DNA of 61,295 nt, filler included. It is 8 parts of 8 records of this genome, joined end to end, with 100 filler letters (N's around TTAATTAATTAA, not from the genome) between each part and the next. Parts side by side here need not be neighbours in the genome. Positions count along the whole stretch, not along the records: positions 1 to 11,091 come from SRR31156797_59965; 7 more parts are not named here. One strand, written 5' to 3'. The translations under genes were made by a program, and so were the position numbers. The notes beneath the pieces were generated by a model. That model had not been told where the DNA came from. It saw nothing but the letters and a program-made list of their open reading frames with translations, and did no database searches. Each line of letters starts with the position of its first letter. Position 1 is the first letter of the stretch. This document shows positions 1 through 8,775 of the stretch, one piece after another.

Positions 1-29
1 AGCGTTTATCTTTGTTCTAAGGTGTTTTC

Positions 30-821
30 ATGAATAAACAATCAAATTTTCTTCTATTATGTATATTTTTGCTGATTTCACTTTTTTCCCTTGCCGCCGA
101 AAGGCCTCCGGAGAGTTCCGGTTATAATTACATTTCCAGGCAAAAGAATGTGGCAGACGAAACGGCACTTGAGCTCCTGCCTGACTTCTCCGGCCGTGAA
201 TTGTTTATGGAGGAGTTGGAGACTCTGGCGCCGGAAAAGTGTTTGGAGATGCTCTACACCATGCCCCTGCCGGATAGGGATGGGGATGAGCTCCTTCTCT
301 ACCTTTTCAACAGGATCAGCGGTATAAGCAGTATGACGGGAATTGAATATTACTCCCACAATGCAAAAGGGATGACTCTCTACCTGGAAGAGTGCTTTCT
401 GGTAAGCCGTAAGGGATCTAAAAAACAGCTCCCTGACAGGACCTATTCCCGACTCCCCGGGAGTGAGGAGTTTATTATCTATCAAAAGGACACCACTTTC
501 GGATCAAATTGGTATCAGGTAGATATTACGCTGGCTGAAGACGGATTTATCTTCTCCATGACCAATATCAGTACAATGCGGTATATGCTTTTTCCTGTTT
601 TGGGAAGCGGCGGGATCAATATTGATCTGATTGTTCTCCCCGGTGAAGAGACTCTGCAGCTCTACACCATCGCCCAGATGGAGTTTGCAGAGAAAGAGGC
701 CTTTGGTAAGACCATTTCCCTCCCCGGGGTCTTTAATCACCGGATGAGTGCCATCCAGGGCTGGTTTGCGGGGCAGATCTATTCCGATCCTGTCCCCGGG
801 AAACTCCCCGAACCTCAGTAG
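30..821 (+). CDS. Exported protein of unknown function, spirochaete DUF6675-like
   Basis: 263-aa ORF with N-terminal signal peptide; the segment 'ISSMTGIEYYSH...YQKDTTFG' resembles an uncharacterised spirochaete family (recognised from memory, not searched). Confidence 0.6.
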   Translation: MNKQSNFLLLCIFLLISLFSLAAERPPESSGYNYISRQKNVADETALELLPDFSGRELFMEELETLAPEKCLEMLYTMPLPDRDGDELLLYLFNRISGISSMTGIEYYSHNAKGMTLYLEECFLVSRKGSKKQLPDRTYSRLPGSEEFIIYQKDTTFGSNWYQVDITLAEDGFIFSMTNISTMRYMLFPVLGSGGINIDLIVLPGEETLQLYTIAQMEFAEKEAFGKTISLPGVFNHRMSAIQGWFAGQIYSDPVPGKLPEPQ

Positions 822-2176
822 TGAAGCGAACTCTCTATCTGGATTTCATACTTTCTTGAATCGCTCCAGTCCGGGTTCGTCAGGTCTATACCGATAGCCC
901 CCCGGGCGACGAGGGATTTAAGGGCGTCCAGGTAGAGGATGAAGTCTGCCCCGGCGGAGTATTTGAAGTCCCTGTCCCAATCCCAGGCCTCATCCTCCTT
1001 GAAGGCTACCCCCACATCGAAGAAGGGCTGACAGAGGGCTTCTCCCACACCTTCCCAGGGAATAACCGATATGTTGACCGAGGTATTGAGGTTGACCGAC
1101 GCGAATCCGTACATATCCTCGTCACGTATTCCTCTTAAAGAACTTCCCAGACCCGTCTTTTCTTCGTTAAAACTGTACATCCCTGAGATCCGGGCAGAGG
1201 GGTTGAGTCTTTTCCAGATGTAGAAGGCCTTTGCGCTGTAGCTTAACGAAGTTTTGAAGGTCACATCCTCTTCCAGTTCCGTGGCCAGGGCAATCGTATG
1301 ACCCAGGCTGGCGGACACACCCTGCCGGAAATTCCCGATCCAGTCGATGGTGGAGTAACCCGCCGAATGGCTGAATGAGAACTCCAGATCTTCCTTTTCT
1401 ATATCGGAACCCTCGTCCTCCAGATTGTCCTTATAGCCATAGTACCACTGAAAACTCGGACCGAAGGAGTAGGAGAGATCCCAGGGAAGGTTGATTTTGG
1501 AACCCATATCCAGGGATGTTGAATGGAGAGAGTAGTCCTGCTCGTAGTACTCGTCGTCGGAATTATACTTCGTTACCTGGTAGTACTGCTGGGTGAGTTC
1601 CAGATCGAAGGTGAAATCCCCGATGGTCAGATTGGATATCCTGGGATTCAAAGACCATTGCGGGATTTCCCACTCATCGCCATTATGCTGAAAATCGACA
1701 TTTCCACCCAGATAGAATTTGGTTAGAGTACCGAAAAAATTGTCATAGTAAATCTGACCGCCGACCCGCCAGCCGGTGTTGCTGTCGTATTTCGGATAGA
1801 CAATAGGATAGATGGTCCAGGCTCCGATCACCTCATAAACGATAAGAACCCTTGCCTCCTTCCCTTCCAGATCCTCCAGTTCCTCATATCGATATGTAAC
1901 CTCTTCCAGAACCCTCAGGTTCCGCAGGTGCTGGGCCTTGTCTTCAAGGTATTCTTCCAGTTCTTCTCTGGAATCGAATTCCGTTCCCGGTTTAATTGAA
2001 AGCTCCCGTTCCAGGGCCGATTCTCTGGTATATTTATCAGTAATAAAGTGCACTTCCTGTATTATGAAGACTCTGCCTGTCCCGTCTCCCTGGATCGGGG
2101 TGTTCTCATCGCTGTTTTGAGCCCAGAGGCTCGATACGCTGATAATCGCCGCCAATATTATGAAAAGTTTTCTCAA
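815..2176 (-). CDS. Omp85/BamA-TamA-superfamily outer-membrane protein with a single POTRA domain
   Basis: TTG start, signal peptide, POTRA-like 'IQEVHF...TRESALEREL.IKPG.EF', beta-strand-rich C-terminus, 'LRGI' resembling the VRGY motif, terminal Tyr. Confidence 0.7.
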   Translation of the reverse strand: MRKLFIILAAIISVSSLWAQNSDENTPIQGDGTGRVFIIQEVHFITDKYTRESALERELSIKPGTEFDSREELEEYLEDKAQHLRNLRVLEEVTYRYEELEDLEGKEARVLIVYEVIGAWTIYPIVYPKYDSNTGWRVGGQIYYDNFFGTLTKFYLGGNVDFQHNGDEWEIPQWSLNPRISNLTIGDFTFDLELTQQYYQVTKYNSDDEYYEQDYSLHSTSLDMGSKINLPWDLSYSFGPSFQWYYGYKDNLEDEGSDIEKEDLEFSFSHSAGYSTIDWIGNFRQGVSASLGHTIALATELEEDVTFKTSLSYSAKAFYIWKRLNPSARISGMYSFNEEKTGLGSSLRGIRDEDMYGFASVNLNTSVNISVIPWEGVGEALCQPFFDVGVAFKEDEAWDWDRDFKYSAGADFILYLDALKSLVARGAIGIDLTNPDWSDSRKYEIQIESSLHY

Positions 2177-2290
2177 GATTATTCTCCAAATATATGTCGC
2201 AATATTATAGCGCGGAATTCCCCATTTTTACAGGGTTTAACGGCGTTATTGCTGAGAGTTTAAGTATGGTTAATAAGATTGGGAAAACAA

Positions 2291-2326
2291 TTCCCGGATC
2301 ACCCCTTGGTGCGGTGGATCCGGGAA
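2291..2326 (-). terminator. Intrinsic terminator downstream of the Wzi-like gene
   Basis: Inverted repeat TTCCCGGATC...GATCCGGGAA followed on the minus strand by TTGTTTT. Confidence 0.55.
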
Positions 2327-2348
2327 ATCGAATTAAGAGTGGCCGGCT

Positions 2349-4034
2349 TTAAAGACTGTATTTCACACCCAAAACAAGCTGGATGTCGTTGGTATTGTTG
2401 CCGTCCTCGTTTTTGAAGTTTTCCGAGGTGATATAGTCGGCTTCGCCGTAGATCGATACCTGCTGATCCTTAAAAAGCGGGATATTGTATTCACCGGTCA
2501 GGGTCAGGGTGAAGGTTTTTTCAACGTAATCGCCGGAAGGGGTGACCTTGGAGTTGGACTCTTCGCCGGTGGACCATTCGGTTTCGGCGTCGTTCTCTCC
2601 GTGAAGGAGGTAGCTTCCGGTCAGTCCGGCTTCCCAGACGTCCCTGACTTTGTAGCAGATGTTAAGCTCGAAGACCATGGCGTCGGGGCCCTCCTCGTAG
2701 CCGAGGAATTTCACATCCTGCTCCACATTGGTGTCGATATTGAACTGCCGCCGGTAGACGATGTAATCGACGTTATCCCTCAGGTACATATAGGGATCGG
2801 TTTTTGCAAACTCGAAGTAGGAGGTAAGGTAGCCGGGACCCAGGGGGTAGACCCCTTCGATTCCTGCGATAATACCCACGGCTCCGGGGTTGGAGTCGGG
2901 ATGGTTTTCCTTTTCCTCGGCAGTCTGGAATTCATCGATGGCGTACTGACCGTAGATGGAGAAGTACTTCCAGGGGGTGTATTCCACTTCCAGGCTCAGG
3001 ATTGAGTTGGCGATCCCCCGGTTGTAGGTGTTGTGATAGATCATCATCGGGTTCAGGTAGCGGAAGTCAAATCCTGCATAGTCCTCGGCATTACCGTCCT
3101 CATCCACCGATGACAGGTTGAGCATGGCTTCCTCGTCGAGGGTAAACTTCAGCTTGTCCCAGAACCGGGTTTCCATTCTGTGACCGACGAACATCTGCAG
3201 TCCCGTCGGCTCATCGTTCTGGCTGCCGTCCCAGTCGGGGTGGTCGAAGCCTGCGAAAACATAGGTGTATTTGAAGTACTCAAAGAAGGCGGTGAACCGG
3301 ATCGATTCGTAGTAGTCATGGTGATCGCCCAGGACCATATTTCCCGTATGACCGGCTCCCCAGGAGAGGACATCCCGGCCGAAGGCGAGGCTCCAGTAAT
3401 CACCGCCCACGGCGGCAAAGGCCCGGTAGGGGAAGGTCAGATCGAGGTTGGAGGCGTCGAGCAGGACGATGTTATTATAGAGCTCCTGTCCGTAGATGGC
3501 GGCGGCACTTTCAACATCATCTTCCTCACCGTAGCGGGTGGTGCCGATAAAGGGCTCCCAGTAGGAGTAGATATTTTCACCCAGCCAGATTTCCACTTCA
3601 CCGCTGATAAGCTTCTCCCTTTCCTCGAAGCCGTAGGTCCAGTCGGTATCGTCGTTAAAATCCTCGCCGTTGGTGTGATAGTAACCCTCCACAGCGACGT
3701 TCAGACCGGCTGTTATCCCGAATCCCCCATCGCTTGAAAGTTTGGGCTGGGAATAAAGCTCTTCTGTCAGCAGATCGTAGACGGCTTCACCGGCTTTGGA
3801 TAACTCACCGGGATTGATCCTGTCCACCATTTTAACAAGTTCTTCCTTCGACCAGGGGCCGGAATTGGAAGGAGGCGCAAGCCCCTGCTCCAGGTAGAGA
3901 ATTTCGATTCTTTCCCAGACATCACCGTCAACGGGATAAATTTTCTGTCCGAAATCGTTTGCCGGGAGACTGGAAAATCCGAAGAGGATTAGTAACAAAA
4001 CCAGGATTGGCTTGTTTTTTTTATGGAATGCCAT
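2349..4034 (-). CDS. Capsule assembly Wzi-family-like outer-membrane beta-barrel protein
   Basis: Signal peptide, N-terminal 'PWS.EEL' helical domain, 'FGRD.LSWG.G..G..VL.D', 'GHR.E', 'YGQ..IDE' motifs, C-terminal strand 'LGVKYSL'. Confidence 0.65.
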   Translation of the reverse strand: MAFHKKNKPILVLLLILFGFSSLPANDFGQKIYPVDGDVWERIEILYLEQGLAPPSNSGPWSKEELVKMVDRINPGELSKAGEAVYDLLTEELYSQPKLSSDGGFGITAGLNVAVEGYYHTNGEDFNDDTDWTYGFEEREKLISGEVEIWLGENIYSYWEPFIGTTRYGEEDDVESAAAIYGQELYNNIVLLDASNLDLTFPYRAFAAVGGDYWSLAFGRDVLSWGAGHTGNMVLGDHHDYYESIRFTAFFEYFKYTYVFAGFDHPDWDGSQNDEPTGLQMFVGHRMETRFWDKLKFTLDEEAMLNLSSVDEDGNAEDYAGFDFRYLNPMMIYHNTYNRGIANSILSLEVEYTPWKYFSIYGQYAIDEFQTAEEKENHPDSNPGAVGIIAGIEGVYPLGPGYLTSYFEFAKTDPYMYLRDNVDYIVYRRQFNIDTNVEQDVKFLGYEEGPDAMVFELNICYKVRDVWEAGLTGSYLLHGENDAETEWSTGEESNSKVTPSGDYVEKTFTLTLTGEYNIPLFKDQQVSIYGEADYITSENFKNEDGNNTNDIQLVLGVKYSL

Positions 4035-4163
4035 TTTTGACTCCTCGTGTTGTAGGATGCTGCGGTGCAGTGACTAAATTATGACATGGTTTTCCTAAAC
4101 GGGCCATTGATATTTCAAAAAGTTGAGAATTCTGTTTATAATCTCTGCTTCGGGAGGGAAGTG

Positions 4164-5513
4164 ATGTCCAGCATAGCCGACTATTTTAAATCCAGGGAAG
4201 ATCCCCATAAAGCCTATTTTGATTCTCTTGAAATCCCCGCCTTTCTTGCCTCTATTTCCGCCCTGGACCGCTATTTTGGTCTGCCCTGCGGAGCCTACCT
4301 GAATACGGTGACCGGAGCCTCTCTCGTGGAGGTGGCCCGCTGTTTTGACGAGCTGGAGTTTCCGGGACTTCCGGGGCTGGATGCGGCCGCCAGGGTAAGG
4401 GGGATTGAAACCCCCTCCGGACGGGCCGGTACGGTGTCGGGAGAGTGTGATGAACCGGAAATCCTCCTCCTCGTTACCTGCCAGCTGGAGGAGGGGAGGC
4501 TTAAGATCCCTCAGCCGGAGACCGGCGGCCCCTTCGGGGCCTTCACCTACTCCCCTTCGGTCCGGCGGTTCTACGATCCGGCGGGAATCTACCCTGTCCT
4601 CCGGGGAAAAGAACCTCTCACGCCGGGACTCCTTGGCCTGGAGGCAGCCTCTTCCTGGGAACCCTGGCTTGATGCGGCGGTGCTGGTCTCCCGGTATTCA
4701 TTGAAATTAACAGCCCCGGCTCCGGCCCCAGCTTCCGCTGCTACTTCCCCGGAAGCAGATTCTCCCTCACCCCCAGGGAGTGCGGCCGGTGCCTGGAATA
4801 CGGAAAACCAGGCTTCCGACGAAGCCGCAACGGCCCGTGCCCTGGGCGAGCTCTTCCGTCAGACCAGGGCCAATGTTTTTCCCCCGGTCGATCCCTTCCG
4901 CCAGCGTGAGGTTCTGACCCGTATCCTCGAGGGCCGGAGGCCGCAGAAGGGGCTGGAACTCCTGCGCCGCTGCGGATTTATCGAGGCCCACTGGCCGGAG
5001 CTCCACAATATGCGGGAGGTCCGGCAGGGAAAGGAGTTTCATCCTGAAGGGGATGTCTGGGATCACAGCCTGGCCACCTTCTCCTACAGGAAAAACGCCG
5101 ACCCAATTATCTCCCTGGCCCTTCTTCTCCACGATTCCGGGAAACCCGAGGCCGAAGAGTTCGAGGGGAACAAGTTCCATCGCCACGCCCAGCTGGGCGG
5201 CCGTATGGCGAACCGCTTCCTGCGCCGGCTGGGCTTTGATCAGGAGATAATAGACACTGTAAATTACCTTGTTGTAAACCATATGGTCCCGGGAATCACC
5301 CGTACACTCCCGGCCTTCCGTGTCCAGGAGGTCATCTCATCCCCCCTCTACCCCCTCCTTCTCGAGGTGCACCGCTGTGACCTCTCATCGACCTTCAGGG
5401 GGCCCGAGGGCTACTACGAGGCCTGCAAGGTCTACAGGCGCTACCTGAAGCATCAGCGCAACCCCTTCCGGGACTCCGGCGGCCGGAAACGGCTGAGGAT
5501 GTATGTGGATTAA
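4164..5513 (+). CDS. HD-domain phosphohydrolase with degenerate CCA/poly(A)-polymerase-like N-terminus
   Basis: GGAGGG RBS before GTG 4161/ATG 4164; 'Q..EFHPEGDVWDHS', 'LLHDSGKP', 'FHRHA..G', 'NHM' as in HD domains of CCA-adding enzymes. Confidence 0.75.
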   Translation: MSSIADYFKSREDPHKAYFDSLEIPAFLASISALDRYFGLPCGAYLNTVTGASLVEVARCFDELEFPGLPGLDAAARVRGIETPSGRAGTVSGECDEPEILLLVTCQLEEGRLKIPQPETGGPFGAFTYSPSVRRFYDPAGIYPVLRGKEPLTPGLLGLEAASSWEPWLDAAVLVSRYSLKLTAPAPAPASAATSPEADSPSPPGSAAGAWNTENQASDEAATARALGELFRQTRANVFPPVDPFRQREVLTRILEGRRPQKGLELLRRCGFIEAHWPELHNMREVRQGKEFHPEGDVWDHSLATFSYRKNADPIISLALLLHDSGKPEAEEFEGNKFHRHAQLGGRMANRFLRRLGFDQEIIDTVNYLVVNHMVPGITRTLPAFRVQEVISSPLYPLLLEVHRCDLSSTFRGPEGYYEACKVYRRYLKHQRNPFRDSGGRKRLRMYVD

Positions 5514-5521
5514 ATAAAAAT

Positions 5522-5549
5522 TGAATAAAACTTGTTTTAAAAGGTAATA
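5522..5549 (+). promoter_or_regulatory. Putative autoregulatory ECF-sigma promoter (TGAATA-N15-GGTAATA)
   Basis: Resembles the SigW-type TGAAAC-N16-CGTA layout and lies directly before the sigma ATG. Confidence 0.35.
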
Positions 5550-5556
5550 AAGAGAT

Positions 5557-6084
5557 ATGGAACAGGAACTTATTGCAAAAGCCCGGACGGGCGACGGTGA
5601 TGCTTTCAACGGCCTGGTACGGCTCTACGACCGGCGTATCTACCAGGCGGCCTATGCGATCCTCCGGAATCCCGATGAATCGAAGGATATGGTCCAGGAG
5701 ACCTTTATCCGGGCCTACAGGCATATCGGCTCTTTCGATCCCTCCCGGCCCTTCTACCCCTGGCTTTACCGGATTGCGAAGAATCTTTGTCTGAACCGAA
5801 CGGTCAACAAGGGATATCGGACGGCAAGTCTGCCGGAGATGGAGCAGGCTTCATCGATGGCGGGCCCGGAAGAGACTCTGTTGCGTGACGAGGCGGCCCG
5901 AGAGGTGCGGGAGGCCGTGGACCGGCTGCCGGAGAAGCACCGGGAGATCATCGTTCTGAAGCATTTTCAGGACTGTTCCTACCGGGAGATGGCCGAGATC
6001 CTGGGGATACCCGAAGGAACGGTCATGTCCCGACTGTACAATGCCCGCAAGGCGCTGAAAGAAGCGCTGCTGATAGGAGATTAA
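5557..6084 (+). CDS. ECF sigma-70 factor (RpoE/SigW-like)
   Basis: Region 2 'D.VQETFIRAY...F.PWLYRIAKN', region 4 'SY.EMAEILGIPEGTVMSRL..AR'. Confidence 0.95.
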   Translation: MEQELIAKARTGDGDAFNGLVRLYDRRIYQAAYAILRNPDESKDMVQETFIRAYRHIGSFDPSRPFYPWLYRIAKNLCLNRTVNKGYRTASLPEMEQASSMAGPEETLLRDEAAREVREAVDRLPEKHREIIVLKHFQDCSYREMAEILGIPEGTVMSRLYNARKALKEALLIGD

Positions 6085-6088
6085 CAAG

Positions 6089-6523
6089 ATGGAGTGTATG
6101 GAAGCTCAGTTGAAAATGCAGGCGATCCTCGATAACGAGCTGGATGAAAAGGAAATCCCCGGAGTCATGGGGCATATGGAGAGCTGCTATCAATGCCGGC
6201 AGGAGTACATCGATTTCCTGAGGCTCCAGAAGAGACTGGCCGGTGCTGCACCGAAAGAACCGCCTAAGGAGTGGTTTGAGGAGCTTGAGGGCCGGAAGTT
6301 CCGTAAAGGGGCCCGCAGGGCCGGGTTGATAGCCTTCCTGGGCTCCTACATCCTCCTGCTGGGATTTTTCCTCTATCAGTTCTTCTCCGACGGTTCCACC
6401 GAGCTGATCGTTAAAATCGCCGCCGGAGGTATCCTTACCGGAGCCGCCGTGCTATTATTAATCACCCTTTCCGACAGAATACGGGAGAGCAGGGACGACA
6501 AGTACAAAGGAGTGATTAAATGA
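6089..6523 (+). CDS. Zinc-binding anti-sigma factor (zf-HC2/ZAS) with two TM helices
   Basis: HxxxCxxC 'HMESCYQC', directly after the ECF sigma, two hydrophobic segments. Confidence 0.9.
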   Translation: MECMEAQLKMQAILDNELDEKEIPGVMGHMESCYQCRQEYIDFLRLQKRLAGAAPKEPPKEWFEELEGRKFRKGARRAGLIAFLGSYILLLGFFLYQFFSDGSTELIVKIAAGGILTGAAVLLLITLSDRIRESRDDKYKGVIK

Positions 6524-6840
6524 TTCTTGTGACAACGGATACGATCCCCGGCAAGCGGATTGTGAAGGTCCTGGGCATGGTCCGGGGAAATACGATCCGG
6601 GCCCGTCATATGGGCAAGGATATTATGGCCGGCTTCAAGAACATGGTCGGCGGTGAAATCACCGAATATACAAAGATGATGGCCGAATCCCGGGAGCAGG
6701 CTATAGACAGGCTGATCGAAGACGCCGAAACCCTGGGGGCCCATGCCGTAGTCGGCGTCCGGTACGCCACGACAAGCATGATGCAGGGAGCTGCCGAGCT
6801 GCTTGCCTACGGCACGGCAGTCATCCTCGAAGACGAGTAA
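6520..6840 (+). CDS. ybjQ: YbjQ/UPF0145 family protein
   Basis: 'MILVTTDTIPG...LG.V.G...GGEI.EYT..M.E.RE.A..R....A..LGA.AVVGVRY...AYGTAV'; ATGA overlap with the anti-sigma gene. Confidence 0.9.
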   Translation: MILVTTDTIPGKRIVKVLGMVRGNTIRARHMGKDIMAGFKNMVGGEITEYTKMMAESREQAIDRLIEDAETLGAHAVVGVRYATTSMMQGAAELLAYGTAVILEDE

Positions 6841-6857
6841 CGCGGATTTATTAAAAG

Positions 6858-7131
6858 TTAATCACAAGTTATCCACAAGCGGGTTATAAATTATAATAAC
6901 GACAAAGCCGGTCGACTTTCGGGTTAAATTGAACAGTTGGCCGGTTTTTTGTTTCCTTTTCATTAAAAAGCTAATATAAATGCTTATTTGTAAAGAATTT
7001 AGCCGGATATAGGGTTAAGAATATATTAAAAAAATATTAAGTGCGTTTGAGATATTGGACTTTTTTTGATTATCCCGATGAGTCCCGATCCCGTCCACAA
7101 GTTATCCACAAGCTGGCCTGGTCGTGTATAA
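6858..7131. promoter_or_regulatory. DnaA-box cluster with AT-rich tract (candidate oriC or DnaA-titration locus)
   Basis: Perfect TTATCCACA at 6869-6877 and 7102-7110, each preceded by a degenerate box (6858-6866, 7091-7099); inverted near-box at 7123-7131; AT-rich tract ~6950-7040. Confidence 0.6.
6905..6955 (+). terminator. Intrinsic terminator after ybjQ
   Basis: AAGCCGGTCGACT...AGTTGGCCGGTT stem (with G-U pairs) followed by TTTTTTGTTT. Confidence 0.55.
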
Positions 7132-7138
7132 CTTCTGA

Positions 7139-7792
7139 TCAGGGGATATTGGTGATGAAATAACCCCGGCCGTGGGCGGACTTTATGGGGCTTTCCTTGG
7201 TGTCCCCGGGCAGAAGAGGCTGTATCTTCTTACGGAGTGAGGAGATATGCATATCGACCACCCGGGAGGATTCCTTGATCTTGCCCCAGAGTTCTTTATA
7301 GAGGATTTCACGGGGAACGATGTCTCCCTGCTTCTGGGCCAGGATTTTCAGGATGGTGAACTCCTGGGTCGAAAGTTTTACATCCCCGAAGGGGGAGGAG
7401 GCTTTATTGGGGAAGATCGATATCCAGCCCCAGGAGAAGGCCAGGGATTTATTCTTCACATTTTTTTTGACCCGGATAAGGAGTTCTTCCGGGCTCCAGG
7501 GGTCTTTCAGGTAGTCGGCACATCCTTTCTGGAAGGCCGCGGCGAGCTTTTCCATGGGACCCCAGGCTATAACAGGAATCCAGCTCTTTCCGCTCTTGAT
7601 CGGTTCGGAGAGGTCTTCCAGGTGGTCCACGGGGATGATGAGGGCGTCTACGTCTTTTTCGGGCAGATTACGGCTGGTCCATTTAATTGTGAGATCCGAG
7701 GTAATATCTTCAAATTGACTTAATTCACCAAAATCCCGGGGTTCACCCAGAAAACCAATGTGGTAGGGGGAGTCCGGTATGTCTATTTTCAT
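7139..7792 (-). CDS. OmpR-family winged-helix regulator with atypical receiver domain
   Basis: C-terminal 'LSTQEF.IL..L....G.IV.RE.L...LWG...SRVVDMHISSLRKKI...GRGY'; 'G..DYL.DP' retained but the phospho-Asp position reads 'DALIIP'. Confidence 0.85.
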   Translation of the reverse strand: MKIDIPDSPYHIGFLGEPRDFGELSQFEDITSDLTIKWTSRNLPEKDVDALIIPVDHLEDLSEPIKSGKSWIPVIAWGPMEKLAAAFQKGCADYLKDPWSPEELLIRVKKNVKNKSLAFSWGWISIFPNKASSPFGDVKLSTQEFTILKILAQKQGDIVPREILYKELWGKIKESSRVVDMHISSLRKKIQPLLPGDTKESPIKSAHGRGYFITNIP

Positions 7793-7842
7793 CTTTTGTC
7801 CCTTTCGGGCGCGTCTGAACTTTGAATCCGTCTGGTTTGGAT

Positions 7843-8397
7843 TTAGCCCAGAAATACCTGCCCGGCCTTGTCAATTGCAAGGATGGTTTTACACTCGGAA
7901 CAGCGGAACCGGCCGGATCGGGTGGCCTTCAGTTTCTTGGAACAGATGGGACACTGGAAGATCTTGGGAAAGAGATCCGAACCTCCGCCGGAGGAGGTCT
8001 CTTTATTGAAGAAATCGGCCGCTTCGTTAAGGTTGTCCTTGATGTTGAAAAACTGGGAAAATCCCAGAAGCTGGAATACTTCGTAAACCTTGGGTTGGAT
8101 TTCGAGAAGAACAAGGTCTCCGCCCCGGGGTTTAACGGCTTTGAGGAAAGCGGTGAAGGAACCGATACCGGTACTGGAAACGTAGTTAAGACCACCGCAG
8201 TTGAAGATCAGCTTGGTGTAGCCCGATTCAACAGCCTTGGTAACACGCTTCTGGAAGAAGTTGGAATTGTACGTATCGATATAGCCCGTAAGGTAAAGGA
8301 TAAGACACCCTTCAATTTCTGTTACCTGCTGAAGTCTTATTTTCAGGCTGTCGTCTTTTTCTTCATCAAATCCTGGTACGATATCGTTATTGTTCAT
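7843..8397 (-). CDS. STAS-domain anti-sigma-factor antagonist with C-terminal zinc ribbon
   Basis: 'L.GYIDTYNS', 'LNYVSSTGIG', 'VYEVFQLLGF'; C-terminal CPIC...CSEC. Confidence 0.9.
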   Translation of the reverse strand: MNNNDIVPGFDEEKDDSLKIRLQQVTEIEGCLILYLTGYIDTYNSNFFQKRVTKAVESGYTKLIFNCGGLNYVSSTGIGSFTAFLKAVKPRGGDLVLLEIQPKVYEVFQLLGFSQFFNIKDNLNEAADFFNKETSSGGGSDLFPKIFQCPICSKKLKATRSGRFRCSECKTILAIDKAGQVFLG

Positions 8398-8775
8398 TTT
8401 CCCTCTTCTTCATTCCGGTAATGAGTATATTCCAGCAGATGCGCCTTCTTGATCAAGTTTAACAAGCACTATCCGATTTTTCAAGCAAATAATATGCTTA
8501 ATTTGTCCATTACATGGAAATTCTTATACTTCACCTATCGGCAGTCTATCAGAAAAAATATAGTGCATTAGCAATGAAAAATCCAGACGAGCTGGAAAAA
8601 ACAATTGAATATTACTAAATAACTCGACATTTGGCAAATATTAAACGGTTTTTCGTGAAATATTTGCAAAATACTGAGGAATACACCGGTTTTCTTCACC
8701 CCCTCCGGTACCTCTTACTTTTCTAAAGGAGGGGGTGGTGATACTATACTTTCAGATTGATTAAGAGGTGATGCT

